Origin: Spirochaetaceae bacterium | Lineage (GTDB): Bacteria; Spirochaetota; Spirochaetia; DSM-2461 | DNA: 38,873 nt | Direction of reading: 5' to 3' | NCBI GenBank assembly: GCA_051531975.1 | Contig: JAOPTT010000019.1 | Coordinates: forward strand, 1 to 38,873 | In this document: piece after piece, positions 26,486 through 35,315 of the stretch | Layout: the number at the start of each line of letters is the position of its first letter | Position numbering within the stretch: position 1 is the stretch's first letter | Translations under genes and position numbers: made by a program | The notes under the pieces: generated by a model | Databases searched by the model: none | What the model saw: only the letters and a program-made list of their open reading frames with translations | Told to the model about the DNA's origin: nothing

Positions 26486-27359
26486 ATAATAAGTTTGCTT
26501 TTAAAAGCAGTTCTTTAAGTTTTTCTCTAGTGCTATCTTCTGGAGAACAAAGAGGAAGTCTATATACTTCTTTGCATTTACCAATTAAAGCTAATGCTGA
26601 TTTAACTGGTATTGGACTTGTCTCCATAAACATTGCCTTACATAGTGGTAATATATCATAATGAACTTTTCTGGCTTCTTCTAAATTACCAGCTTTTGTT
26701 AAGCTTATAAGTTTTTCCATTTTTTTAGGAATTATATTACTAATAACAGAAACGACTCCATCTCCACCTAAGGCAACAAAAGGAAAAGCAATGTTATCAT
26801 CACCAACCATTACAGAAAATCCTTTTGGTCTATTTAGAATCACATCCATCATCTGACCCAAGTCACCACTAGCTTCTTTCACACCAACAATGTTGTCATG
26901 TTTTGCCATTCGTAGTAGAGTTTCTGTCTCAATGTTTACGCCAGATCTTCCTTTTATATTGTAAATCAATAAAGGGATATCACACTGGTCAGCTATTGTC
27001 ATAAAGTGACGGTAGAGACCTTCTTGTGTAGGTTTATTGTAATATGGAGTTACTTGTAAACTAGCTGTAGCTCCCATAGTTTTTGCAATTTTTGTCATAT
27101 CAATAGCTTCCTGGGTACTGTTTGATCCAGTTCCTGCAACAACAGGTGTTTTCCCATCGGCTATTTTAATTGCCTCTTCAACTACCTTTAAATTTTCTTG
27201 GTGAGTAAGAGTTGGACTCTCTCCAGTTGTTCCTACAGGTAAAAGACCTGATATGCCCTGTTCTATCTGATTTTTAATTAAAGATCTATATGCGTCAAAA
27301 TCAATTGATCCATCCGTATTAAATGGTGTTATTAGTGCTGTATATACTCCGCTAAACAT
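26484..27359 (-). CDS. dapA: 4-hydroxy-tetrahydrodipicolinate synthase
   Basis: GTTGES, PYYNKP, YNIKGR, GVKEASG, PIPVK. Confidence 0.96.
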   Translation of the reverse strand: MFSGVYTALITPFNTDGSIDFDAYRSLIKNQIEQGISGLLPVGTTGESPTLTHQENLKVVEEAIKIADGKTPVVAGTGSNSTQEAIDMTKIAKTMGATASLQVTPYYNKPTQEGLYRHFMTIADQCDIPLLIYNIKGRSGVNIETETLLRMAKHDNIVGVKEASGDLGQMMDVILNRPKGFSVMVGDDNIAFPFVALGGDGVVSVISNIIPKKMEKLISLTKAGNLEEARKVHYDILPLCKAMFMETSPIPVKSALALIGKCKEVYRLPLCSPEDSTREKLKELLLKANLL

Positions 27360-27360
27360 A

Positions 27361-28119
27361 TTATTCTCCCTTAGAACTATTTAAAAGTTCATCTATAAAA
27401 TCTTCAACAGTAAAAAATCCTTTTTTACCATTTAACCATTCAGCTGCCATTACTGCTCCTAGAGCAAAACCACTTCTATTTCTAGCAGTATGTTTTATCT
27501 CTATTGAGTCTGCAAAAGAATCTAAGGTTACTGTATGTGTCCCAGGTATTGATCCACCTCTAACCGACGCTACATGTAATTCATTCTCTTTTATTTCTCT
27601 ATCTAACTTATCTGGCCAGATAGTATCTTTTATATTATTATTTTCCAGGATTTTTTCAGCAGTTGTAAGTGCTGTTCCTGAAGGAGAGTCTTTCTTTTTA
27701 TTATGATGATATTCAAGCATCATTATATCGTAATTTGGAACTTCGTTTATTAATTTCGATGCTTTTGATACTAGGTCAAAAAACATGTGAGCACCAACAG
27801 AAAAATTAGTTCCATGTAGGAAGCTACTATCATTCTGTTTTATGATATCTTTGATAAGTTCTTTTTTGTTGTCCCATCCAGTTGTTCCTAAAACAACAGG
27901 AACACCTGCCTCTGCATATAGAGTAATGTTATCTTCCATTCCATCTGGAAGTGCAAACTCTATAACACCATCGACATCAACCAATAGAGCGGGAGTTACT
28001 TTAGTGTAATCACCATAACCACCTTTATCCACTCTACAAGCAATTGTATGCCCTCGTTGGGTAAGAATTGTCTCAATTTCTCTACCCATTCTACCATAAC
28101 CAGTTATCATTATATTCAT
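27361..28119 (-). CDS. dapB: 4-hydroxy-tetrahydrodipicolinate reductase
   Basis: GYGRMG, GTTG, NFSVG, EYHHNKKKDSPSGTA. Confidence 0.96.
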   Translation of the reverse strand: MNIMITGYGRMGREIETILTQRGHTIACRVDKGGYGDYTKVTPALLVDVDGVIEFALPDGMEDNITLYAEAGVPVVLGTTGWDNKKELIKDIIKQNDSSFLHGTNFSVGAHMFFDLVSKASKLINEVPNYDIMMLEYHHNKKKDSPSGTALTTAEKILENNNIKDTIWPDKLDREIKENELHVASVRGGSIPGTHTVTLDSFADSIEIKHTARNRSGFALGAVMAAEWLNGKKGFFTVEDFIDELLNSSKGE

Positions 28120-28160
28120 AATATATATAATAGTTTAACTGGTTATAGCGTGTAAAGGGT

Positions 28161-29156
28161 TTATTTACACTGAGTCATTGTAACTGAAGTTGTATTTACA
28201 ATATCATCGATACTACAACCTCTGGAAAGGTCAGAAATTGGTTTTGCAAATCCTTGTAAAAATGGACCATATGCTCCAGCTCCTGCAAATCTTTGAACCA
28301 TCTTATAACCTATGTTTCCAGACTGTAGATCTGGGAAAATTAGTACATTTGCTTCACCAGCAATTGGAGATCCTGGAGCTTTCTTCGCAGATACACCAGG
28401 GATAATTGCAGCATCAGCCTGAAGTTCCCCATCCACTATTAGTGTAGGTTCCTCTTCTTTGACAATTTTATATGCTTCAGTAACTTTATCAACATTAGGA
28501 TGTTTTGCTGAACCTTTGGTTGAAAATGATAACATCGCAACCTTTGGCTCTGTTTGTAAAAATGCTCTACAAGATTCTGCTGACTGTCTAGTAATTGCTG
28601 CTAGTTCTTCACTAGAAGGATCAACAATTGTTGCACAATCAGAGAAGATCATTAAACCATCTTTTCCCCATTTTTTATCTGGCATGTCCATTACAAAACA
28701 TGATGAAGCTGTTTTAACACCTGGAGCAGTTTTAATAATTGTAAAACCAGCCACTAAAACTTTACCTGTAGAATTTTCAGCTCCAGCAACCATTGCGTGA
28801 ACATCGTCTAGTCTAACCATCATAGCTCCCCACTTAAGTGGATCAACAATAGCATCCTTTGCTTCTTGTTCAGAAATACCCTTATGTTTTCTTAAAGAGT
28901 AATACTCTGCGCCATATTTCTCCAAGTTTGTCGAAGTTTTTGGATCTTCTACTGTTATACCTTCTAAAGATGTATTAACTTTTGATGCAGCATCTTCTAC
29001 AGAAGCTTTATTTCCAACTAATACTACTTTTTGACATATTTTCTCGTCGATTAGTATCCTTGCGGCCTGAATTGTTCTCTCTTCAGTTCCTTCTGGTAAT
29101 ACTACTGATTTTTGCATTTTAATTGCTTGATTTTTCATTTCTGATACAAATGACAT
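28161..29156 (-). CDS. pta: Phosphate acetyltransferase
   Basis: VLPEG, FSDC, VAMLSFSTKGS, DGELQADAA, GNIGYK, DLSRGCS. Confidence 0.96.
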   Translation of the reverse strand: MSFVSEMKNQAIKMQKSVVLPEGTEERTIQAARILIDEKICQKVVLVGNKASVEDAASKVNTSLEGITVEDPKTSTNLEKYGAEYYSLRKHKGISEQEAKDAIVDPLKWGAMMVRLDDVHAMVAGAENSTGKVLVAGFTIIKTAPGVKTASSCFVMDMPDKKWGKDGLMIFSDCATIVDPSSEELAAITRQSAESCRAFLQTEPKVAMLSFSTKGSAKHPNVDKVTEAYKIVKEEEPTLIVDGELQADAAIIPGVSAKKAPGSPIAGEANVLIFPDLQSGNIGYKMVQRFAGAGAYGPFLQGFAKPISDLSRGCSIDDIVNTTSVTMTQCK

Positions 29157-29256
29157 ATTGCCCCCAATATTTTTTTATTTAGTTTATATAATTTAATCCT
29201 ATTTTTTTTTAAATACAATAGGTGTTTTTTTTTAAAAACTTCAATATAATCAGATT

Positions 29257-30000
29257 ATGACAGTTGGAATATATGGATTAGGAAGATTTGGAGCTTTTTG
29301 GGGGGATGCCCTTTCAAAGGTTGTTACAGTAAAAGGTTATAGTCGTAATACTAGTAGGTTTTGTCCACCATCAATACAGAGAGTTTCTGAAACTGAAGTT
29401 CTTAGTTGTGATGTAGTTATTATTTGTGTCGCTATATCAGCAATGGAACCTTTTTTATTAAATATAAAAGAGAAAGTTAAGCCGGGAACTTTGATAATGG
29501 ATACCTGTTCTGTTAAAGTTCACCCTGTAAAACTTATGCTGGATTTATTACCTGACAGTGTCGATATTATTGGTACACACCCAATGTTTGGGCCAGACTC
29601 TGGAAAAAATGGTGTTGCTGGGTTGCCCATCGTTATTTCTAAAGTTAGAACTAGTGGCGATAAATATAGGATTTGGGTTGATCTATTTAACCAGATGAAT
29701 CTGTCTGTAATAGAACTGACACCTGAAGAACACGATAAAGAAGCCGCATATACCCAGGGTATTACCCATTTTATTGGTAGAACTTTATCTGACTTACATT
29801 TAAAAGGTAGCTCAATATCTACAACAGGGTATAATAGCTTATTAGAAATAATAAAGCAGACATGTAACGATGAATATCAACTATTCCTCGATTTACAAAA
29901 ATATAATCCGTATACAGCAGACATGCGGAATGATTTAAAACATTCATTGCATAAAGTTTTAGGTGTTATTGAAGCAGAAACTACAGAAGGAGATATATAA
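29257..30000 (+). CDS. tyrA: Monofunctional prephenate/arogenate dehydrogenase
   Basis: GLGRFG Rossmann motif, DTCSVK, HPMFGP, EEHD, QGITH. Confidence 0.88.
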   Translation: MTVGIYGLGRFGAFWGDALSKVVTVKGYSRNTSRFCPPSIQRVSETEVLSCDVVIICVAISAMEPFLLNIKEKVKPGTLIMDTCSVKVHPVKLMLDLLPDSVDIIGTHPMFGPDSGKNGVAGLPIVISKVRTSGDKYRIWVDLFNQMNLSVIELTPEEHDKEAAYTQGITHFIGRTLSDLHLKGSSISTTGYNSLLEIIKQTCNDEYQLFLDLQKYNPYTADMRNDLKHSLHKVLGVIEAETTEGDI

Positions 30001-30001
30001 T

Positions 30002-30361
30002 ATGGCAGAGATACATTCCCAAAGAGTTCGAGAAAGGGAACTAGATACAGTTATGGGATTAGATATTGATTTTGCAGGATCCCTATCTTTTAGTGATCCA
30101 TTAATGATAAAAGGTAAATTAAAAGGTGATATTAATGCGACCGGTGTTTTATATATAGAAGCCACAGCTACCGTTCAAGCGAATATTAGTGCTGCAAGTG
30201 TACAAATTCGTGGTGAAGTCATTGGTGATATAAATGCAACAAAAAGTGTCCAGCTTTTTTCAAGCGCTAAAGTAACAGGGGATATTGTTGCTCCAAAAGT
30301 GAAAATGGAAAATGGGTGTTTTTTTAGTGGAAAGTGTCAAATGACTGGTAAGGTAGAGTAA
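30002..30361 (+). CDS. Bactofilin (polymer-forming cytoskeletal protein)
   Basis: Beta-helix pattern (IKGKLKGDI, GEVIGDINA, VTGDIVAP, GCFFSGKC). ATG 30002 preferred because of the AGGAGA RBS. Confidence 0.9.
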   Translation: MAEIHSQRVRERELDTVMGLDIDFAGSLSFSDPLMIKGKLKGDINATGVLYIEATATVQANISAASVQIRGEVIGDINATKSVQLFSSAKVTGDIVAPKVKMENGCFFSGKCQMTGKVE

Positions 30362-31008
30362 TGAATCGAAATGCAATTAGATTTTTTCTACTTTTAATTA
30401 TATTTAGCACAAGTTTATCTCTATTTTCACAAAAAGATAAAGACGCTCTTAAGTTATGGAGAGATGGTAATTTTAAAGAGGCTGCAGATGTCTGCTTTGA
30501 AGAGTTAGAAAATTTACCAAAGGCTAGTTTTGCCCAAAGAATGGATTCATACACAGTATTGTGTTGGTCCTTATTAAGTTTAAAGAGATACGACGATGTT
30601 ATTATCTATGGAAAAGAAGCTTATGATCAATCTACTCGAAATTGGCGATTTGTCGCAGCTTTAGGTGAGGCACATTACCATTTAGGAAATAATAGGGAAT
30701 CACTTTATTTCTTAGAGAAGTATATTGAATTAAAAAGTTCAGGTGATAAAGCCGGATATATGTATTACCTGATGGGCCATGTTTTTTTAAGATTAGAAGA
30801 GTATTATAGAGCCGATGTTGCACTGTCTATGGCTGTATATTTAAAACCTTTAGATGCCGGATGGTGGTCACGTTTAGGGTATGCAAGAGAGCAGGCTAAA
30901 GACTACCAAAGAGCCAAAGATGCATACAATAAAGCACTCTCAATTAACTCTTCATTAGTAGATGCAGACAGAGGAATGAAAAGAGTTCACAAATCTTTAG
31001 GATTATGA
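30361..31008 (+). CDS. Exported TPR protein
   Basis: Signal peptide. TPR units (ALGEAHYHLG, LMGHVFLRL, RLGYAREQ). Confidence 0.85.
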   Translation: MNRNAIRFFLLLIIFSTSLSLFSQKDKDALKLWRDGNFKEAADVCFEELENLPKASFAQRMDSYTVLCWSLLSLKRYDDVIIYGKEAYDQSTRNWRFVAALGEAHYHLGNNRESLYFLEKYIELKSSGDKAGYMYYLMGHVFLRLEEYYRADVALSMAVYLKPLDAGWWSRLGYAREQAKDYQRAKDAYNKALSINSSLVDADRGMKRVHKSLGL

Positions 31009-31009
31009 T

Positions 31010-31038
31010 TTGTGTATTACCGCCAACTGGCTTATAAT
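31010..31038 (+). promoter_or_regulatory. Sigma70-like promoter of the lipoprotein/barrel operon
   Basis: TTGTGT-N17-TATAAT. AAGGAG RBS at 31063-31068. Confidence 0.6.
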
Positions 31039-31074
31039 GAAGATAAGTAATAAATTTTTTATAAGGAGATAAGT

Positions 31075-32019
31075 GTGAAGTATATAATAAAACAATTCTT
31101 TCTACTTTTTTTAGTAATTTCTATTATGTCCTGTGATGTAGTATCCGAATTTTTAACAACTAATTATTTTGATGACTTAAGTGATACCGATGAGACAGAT
31201 ATAGATATAGATGAAAACTCAGTTTGGATTAGTATTTCTGACGCTGATAAACTTACTAAGATAGATGAATATACTAGTTATGCATTATCAGAAGATTTTT
31301 CAGGTCAATTATTCCAGAGTTTAAAAACTAATGAGACATATAAAAATGGTGTTTCAGATTATTATAGGCAACTTCTAGTTGATCAACCTATTCGAATGTA
31401 TATTTCAGATGATGGATATGACGATTATATAGATGATTTAGCTATTTACCAAAATCGTGCATTAGCATTAGCTAAAATTGAAGCCTACACTACTGATAAA
31501 TTAATGATTGCAGGTTTTAATGAACTTCTAATCGATTATTCATCTGGTATAAGAGAAGGTGTATTAAATCATAAATTAATTTTTTCTGAAATGTTTAGTG
31601 TTCCAGATACTCTTTGGGCAACTGATGGTGATGATGCGGATACTGTTAATAGTGAGTTATCTAGTTTTAAAAGAGCAGGTAGTGCACTTTCTTTATTAGG
31701 TGAAACTATAACAGACAGGGATAATCCTTTAATTGACTCCGTAACAGAGGATGATGCTATATTCATTTTATTAGCCTGTATGGTTAATAACGTGATAGAA
31801 GAAACTATGACAGATTCTTCAACTACTGAAACTGTTAGTTTACAATCTTTAACATCTCAGACAGTTACACGAGACACTACAGATGCTATTATACAATTTC
31901 CTGAAGATATAACTGGTGGGACAACTTTAGAGAATTATTTAGGTGCAGATGGTGCTTTATTATATGCTGCTTCAGGGTATGAATTACCAGAAATATCAAT
32001 ATTTGGAGGTAACTTATAA
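31075..32019 (+). CDS. Acidic lipoprotein A
   Basis: GTG start with RBS, lipobox SIMSC, very D/E-rich, predicted mostly helical. Confidence 0.8.
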   Translation: MKYIIKQFFLLFLVISIMSCDVVSEFLTTNYFDDLSDTDETDIDIDENSVWISISDADKLTKIDEYTSYALSEDFSGQLFQSLKTNETYKNGVSDYYRQLLVDQPIRMYISDDGYDDYIDDLAIYQNRALALAKIEAYTTDKLMIAGFNELLIDYSSGIREGVLNHKLIFSEMFSVPDTLWATDGDDADTVNSELSSFKRAGSALSLLGETITDRDNPLIDSVTEDDAIFILLACMVNNVIEETMTDSSTTETVSLQSLTSQTVTRDTTDAIIQFPEDITGGTTLENYLGADGALLYAASGYELPEISIFGGNL

Positions 32020-33275
32020 TGAAGAAAATTATATTAATGGTTTTATTTAGCCTTATGGCATCTCTTATCTGGAGTGCTGATACTTATATAGAAAACAATT
32101 TCTCATTTTTTAGCCCAAAAGTTTTAGCTCTTGGTAATTCATTTGTTGCCGAAGCCCATGGACTAGAGTCTTTTGAATTTAATCCTGCGGGTTTAGTTGA
32201 GGATCGAGAAATTACAATATTTAGTGGAACAAATAATCTTCTTTCTAATGTTTTTCAGTTATCTGAAGATCTACTAGACGCATATAATGAGGATAATGAT
32301 ACTAGTGTAGAAAATATTGGGCTTGAAGAGTTATCTTTTATATTAGAACCTGAGAATAGAGAAGCAATTATTAAAGCGTTGCTGAATCAGGCAAGTAAAC
32401 CCTACGAAGATGGAGCTTATGCCAATGGTTTAGGTTATTCACCTGTTTTATCATTAGGTTTTGCTGGTGATGGACTTGGAATTGGTCTACTAATTAATAT
32501 GGATTCAGAAGTTTTTGGAAATGAACTTCATACTACTGAGTTAGATAGTGTTATTACAACATCACTACTTTTAGGTTATGCAATGACTATTCCATTAGGA
32601 ATTGTTGATATTGATGTAGGAGTTGGAGCAAGACCAATGTATAAAATTCGGGTATCATCCGAACTACCTCCAGTAATAGATCTATTATTAAGCGATTCTC
32701 TTTTGTCAGATAATGATGAAACATACCAAGAGATGGAATATTTAACTGGTATAGGATTTGGTTGGGATCTTGGTACAAAGGTTCACTTTAAAGATTTAAC
32801 AGTTGGATTGTCATTAATTGATATGTTTGGAACAAATATGACATATAATTATAATACATACGATGATATTGTTGCTGGTGACTTTTTAGGATCAGAGAGT
32901 GCTACAGATGAGTATATAACACCTATGAGTGTTAAATTAGGGTTCTCATATAATCCAACTCTTGGATCAATGAATTCTATATTTAATCCTACACTTTCTG
33001 CAGACTATAAGTTTCTTTTTGTTGATGGTGACTCTGTGGAAGATTATGTAGATCAAAGTGAAGTTTGGAACAATTTATCCATTGGACTAGATATAGAGTT
33101 ATTTAAATTTATTAATGCTCGAGCTGGTATAAACCAGGGTTACATCACTCTTGGAACAGGTATTAAACTTCTATTTATGGAAATTAATGCAGCTGTTTAT
33201 TCAAAAGAGATTGGTGATAGCGTTGGAGATAGGCAGCAAATGGGGGCAGCTATTGAGTTTGCAATTAGATTTTAG
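32019..33275 (+). CDS. Outer-membrane beta-barrel A (FadL/TraF-like superfamily)
   Basis: Signal peptide, ALGNSFVA...NPAGL (FadL-type NPA hatch motif), amphipathic strands, C-terminal EFAIRF. Confidence 0.75.
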   Translation: MKKIILMVLFSLMASLIWSADTYIENNFSFFSPKVLALGNSFVAEAHGLESFEFNPAGLVEDREITIFSGTNNLLSNVFQLSEDLLDAYNEDNDTSVENIGLEELSFILEPENREAIIKALLNQASKPYEDGAYANGLGYSPVLSLGFAGDGLGIGLLINMDSEVFGNELHTTELDSVITTSLLLGYAMTIPLGIVDIDVGVGARPMYKIRVSSELPPVIDLLLSDSLLSDNDETYQEMEYLTGIGFGWDLGTKVHFKDLTVGLSLIDMFGTNMTYNYNTYDDIVAGDFLGSESATDEYITPMSVKLGFSYNPTLGSMNSIFNPTLSADYKFLFVDGDSVEDYVDQSEVWNNLSIGLDIELFKFINARAGINQGYITLGTGIKLLFMEINAAVYSKEIGDSVGDRQQMGAAIEFAIRF

Positions 33276-33978
33276 AAAAATTAAGCTAATTAACAAAAAG
33301 CTTGTTTTTATAGTTATGATTGTAACCTTTTTATATTCATGTACAGATATCTTTACCTCAAATCTTTTTTCAGAGTTAAGTACTGATTATTCAGATATGT
33401 CGGAAGACCAATTACAGAGTAATTTAGCAAGTGATGGTTTCCCAACAGATCCTGACGAATTACAAGATGTTGAAGACCTTTTAGTTGAGTTTAGATCAGA
33501 ATTAACAGATGACATTTTAAATGACCCAGACTTATTAGAACAATATGTTGAAGATACTACCCAACTATTAGATCTTAACCTTCAGCAGGCTGATGTAGAA
33601 GGTCTTATGGCTGACCTAATGGGAGCCTCAGATGGTGGTGGTGATTTATTATCTGGTCTAGAAGATGATGTTGAAAGATTAGAAAACCTTGCAGATGCTG
33701 GTGATTATGCAGTTGAAGCATTTGAATTAGACCCAGATAGTTTATCTACAACTCAGCTAGTTGTAGGTGGTGTAGGCCTTATATCTGATATTTTACAAGA
33801 TGATACACTTGCAGCAGCATTAGAGGACTCTCCGACGACAGAGACGGCGGATCTAGTAGCTGCAGGTTTTGATGCACAGCAAATATCCGATATTCAAACT
33901 GCTAGTGCTATGATGGATGCTGCAGAAGCTGGAGCAGAAGGCGACATAGCTGACTTATTAGAAGGATTACCATTTTGA
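33253..33978 (+). CDS. Extremely acidic lipoprotein B; start uncertain (TTG 33253/33259 or ATT 33280/33289)
   Basis: NKKLVFIVMIVTFLYSC signal/lipobox with Cys at 33340. Mature part has no Lys. Confidence 0.75.
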   Translation: MSLQLDFRKIKLINKKLVFIVMIVTFLYSCTDIFTSNLFSELSTDYSDMSEDQLQSNLASDGFPTDPDELQDVEDLLVEFRSELTDDILNDPDLLEQYVEDTTQLLDLNLQQADVEGLMADLMGASDGGGDLLSGLEDDVERLENLADAGDYAVEAFELDPDSLSTTQLVVGGVGLISDILQDDTLAAALEDSPTTETADLVAAGFDAQQISDIQTASAMMDAAEAGAEGDIADLLEGLPF

Positions 33979-35123
33979 GATTAATAGCAATTATACTTAT
34001 CTTAGTTCCCGCAACACTATTTTCCATTAATAACCAAGTAGATAATACCTCTATATACAATATGGCTATGGGAGGCCCTCATTCTGGTATGGCTAAGGGT
34101 TTTGGTACATTCTATAATAATCCAGCCTTGTTAGCTGAATATGATACAGAACTTAATTTTTTTGAGATAGGAGTTAATTTAAAAGGTGATGCATTAGATA
34201 TTGCTAACCTGTATCTAGGGGACTCTCTTACCTTAGATGACCCTGCAGCACTAATTACAACCCTACAAGATGAGAGTCTAACTAGTTTGCTAATTGGTGT
34301 TGATATACCAGGACCAATTTTTGTTGGTAGAATAAATAATAATTGGGGTTGGGCAGTAAAAAACATAACATCGTTAAATGTTGATGTCCCTGGACTGTTA
34401 TTAGATTCTAATATAATTGCCAGAGAAGATTTAATGTTTGCTATTGGTATAGCTTTCCCATTTGATTTTAAGTTAGGTGAATCTTTTAATTTAGGTTTTA
34501 CTCCAGGGGTTATGTCTCGTTCTACTATCCGAGCAGAGGTTGAAGTAGATAGTGATCTCCTAGGTATTTTAAGTTACATGGATGATTTTGCATCTATCCT
34601 CGATACTTACCCATTAACTATAAGTCCTATATTTGCACTGGATTTTGGATTTACACTGAATTTTAACAATATAATTTCTTTATCAGGTGTTGTTAAAGAT
34701 GTTTATACTCCCATTTTAAAGTACCCAGTAGCAGATATTGATGATGCAATGGATATATTTACCACAACAACCGAAACAACGGGTAATACAATCGAAAGAG
34801 AGATAAACTTTGGTTTAGCATCTGATATACCTTTAGGGCCCATAGAGCTTATTGTCAGCGATCTAGATATATATTTAGATTATTTTGATCTATTAGATTT
34901 TGATACAAATTTTTGGCTGCATTGGGGAATTGGAACAGATATTGAGTTGCTGAATAAATTTCACCTCTTAGCAGGATTAAACGAAGGATTATTGTCTTTA
35001 GGTGTAAATATTGATATAAGTGGATTAGAAGTAGGTTTTGCAATGTATGGAACTGAAGAAGGTTTAGAGCCAGGTGTAGCAAGTACATTTAACTTTCTAT
35101 TTAGTCTAAAAATTTCTTTTTAG
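33975..35123 (+). CDS. Outer-membrane beta-barrel B (FadL/TraF-like), paralog of barrel A
   Basis: TTG start overlapping the previous stop, MAMGG...NNPALL, AGLNEG...YGTEEG, C-terminal SLKISF. Confidence 0.75.
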   Translation: MRLIAIILILVPATLFSINNQVDNTSIYNMAMGGPHSGMAKGFGTFYNNPALLAEYDTELNFFEIGVNLKGDALDIANLYLGDSLTLDDPAALITTLQDESLTSLLIGVDIPGPIFVGRINNNWGWAVKNITSLNVDVPGLLLDSNIIAREDLMFAIGIAFPFDFKLGESFNLGFTPGVMSRSTIRAEVEVDSDLLGILSYMDDFASILDTYPLTISPIFALDFGFTLNFNNIISLSGVVKDVYTPILKYPVADIDDAMDIFTTTTETTGNTIEREINFGLASDIPLGPIELIVSDLDIYLDYFDLLDFDTNFWLHWGIGTDIELLNKFHLLAGLNEGLLSLGVNIDISGLEVGFAMYGTEEGLEPGVASTFNFLFSLKISF

Positions 35124-35129
35124 ATTATG

Positions 35130-35158
35130 TTGACTCTTTTTAGGTAAGTCTATATATT
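35130..35158 (+). promoter_or_regulatory. Sigma70 promoter of the tRNA cluster
   Basis: TTGACT-N17-TATATT, ending 15 nt before the first tRNA. Confidence 0.75.
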
Positions 35159-35173
35159 TAGTTTTCGTTGAGC

Positions 35174-35246
35174 GGGCCGTTAGCTCAGTAGGTAGAGCAA
35201 CGCCCTTTTAAGGCGTGGGTCGTTGGTTCGAATCCAACACGGCTCA
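35174..35246 (+). tRNA. tRNA-Lys(TTT), copy 1
   Basis: Acceptor GGGCCGT/ACGGCTC, anticodon arm ACGCC-CTTTTAA-GGCGT, TTCGAAT T-loop. CCA not encoded. Confidence 0.97.
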
Positions 35247-35315
35247 ATAAGGAAGAATTACGATTCTTCCCTGGGAAGATGATTTATCTTTCTTTTGAAG
35301 TTTACTTCAAGATAT

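Noticed and set aside
29963..30001. ORF-track start for bactofilin
   Set aside because: ATG 30002 has an AGGAGA RBS and avoids overlap with tyrA.
33151..33252. ORF-track start of lipoprotein B
   Set aside because: It overlaps barrel A by 125 bp and places the lipobox 64 residues in.
2115..35088. Short antisense or nested ORFs in the track (e.g. 2115, 2673, 6504, 11251, 14313, 16623, 18066, 21546, 23038, 25114, 28459, 31569, 34112, 34855)
   Set aside because: They lie opposite well-supported genes and show no recognisable motifs.
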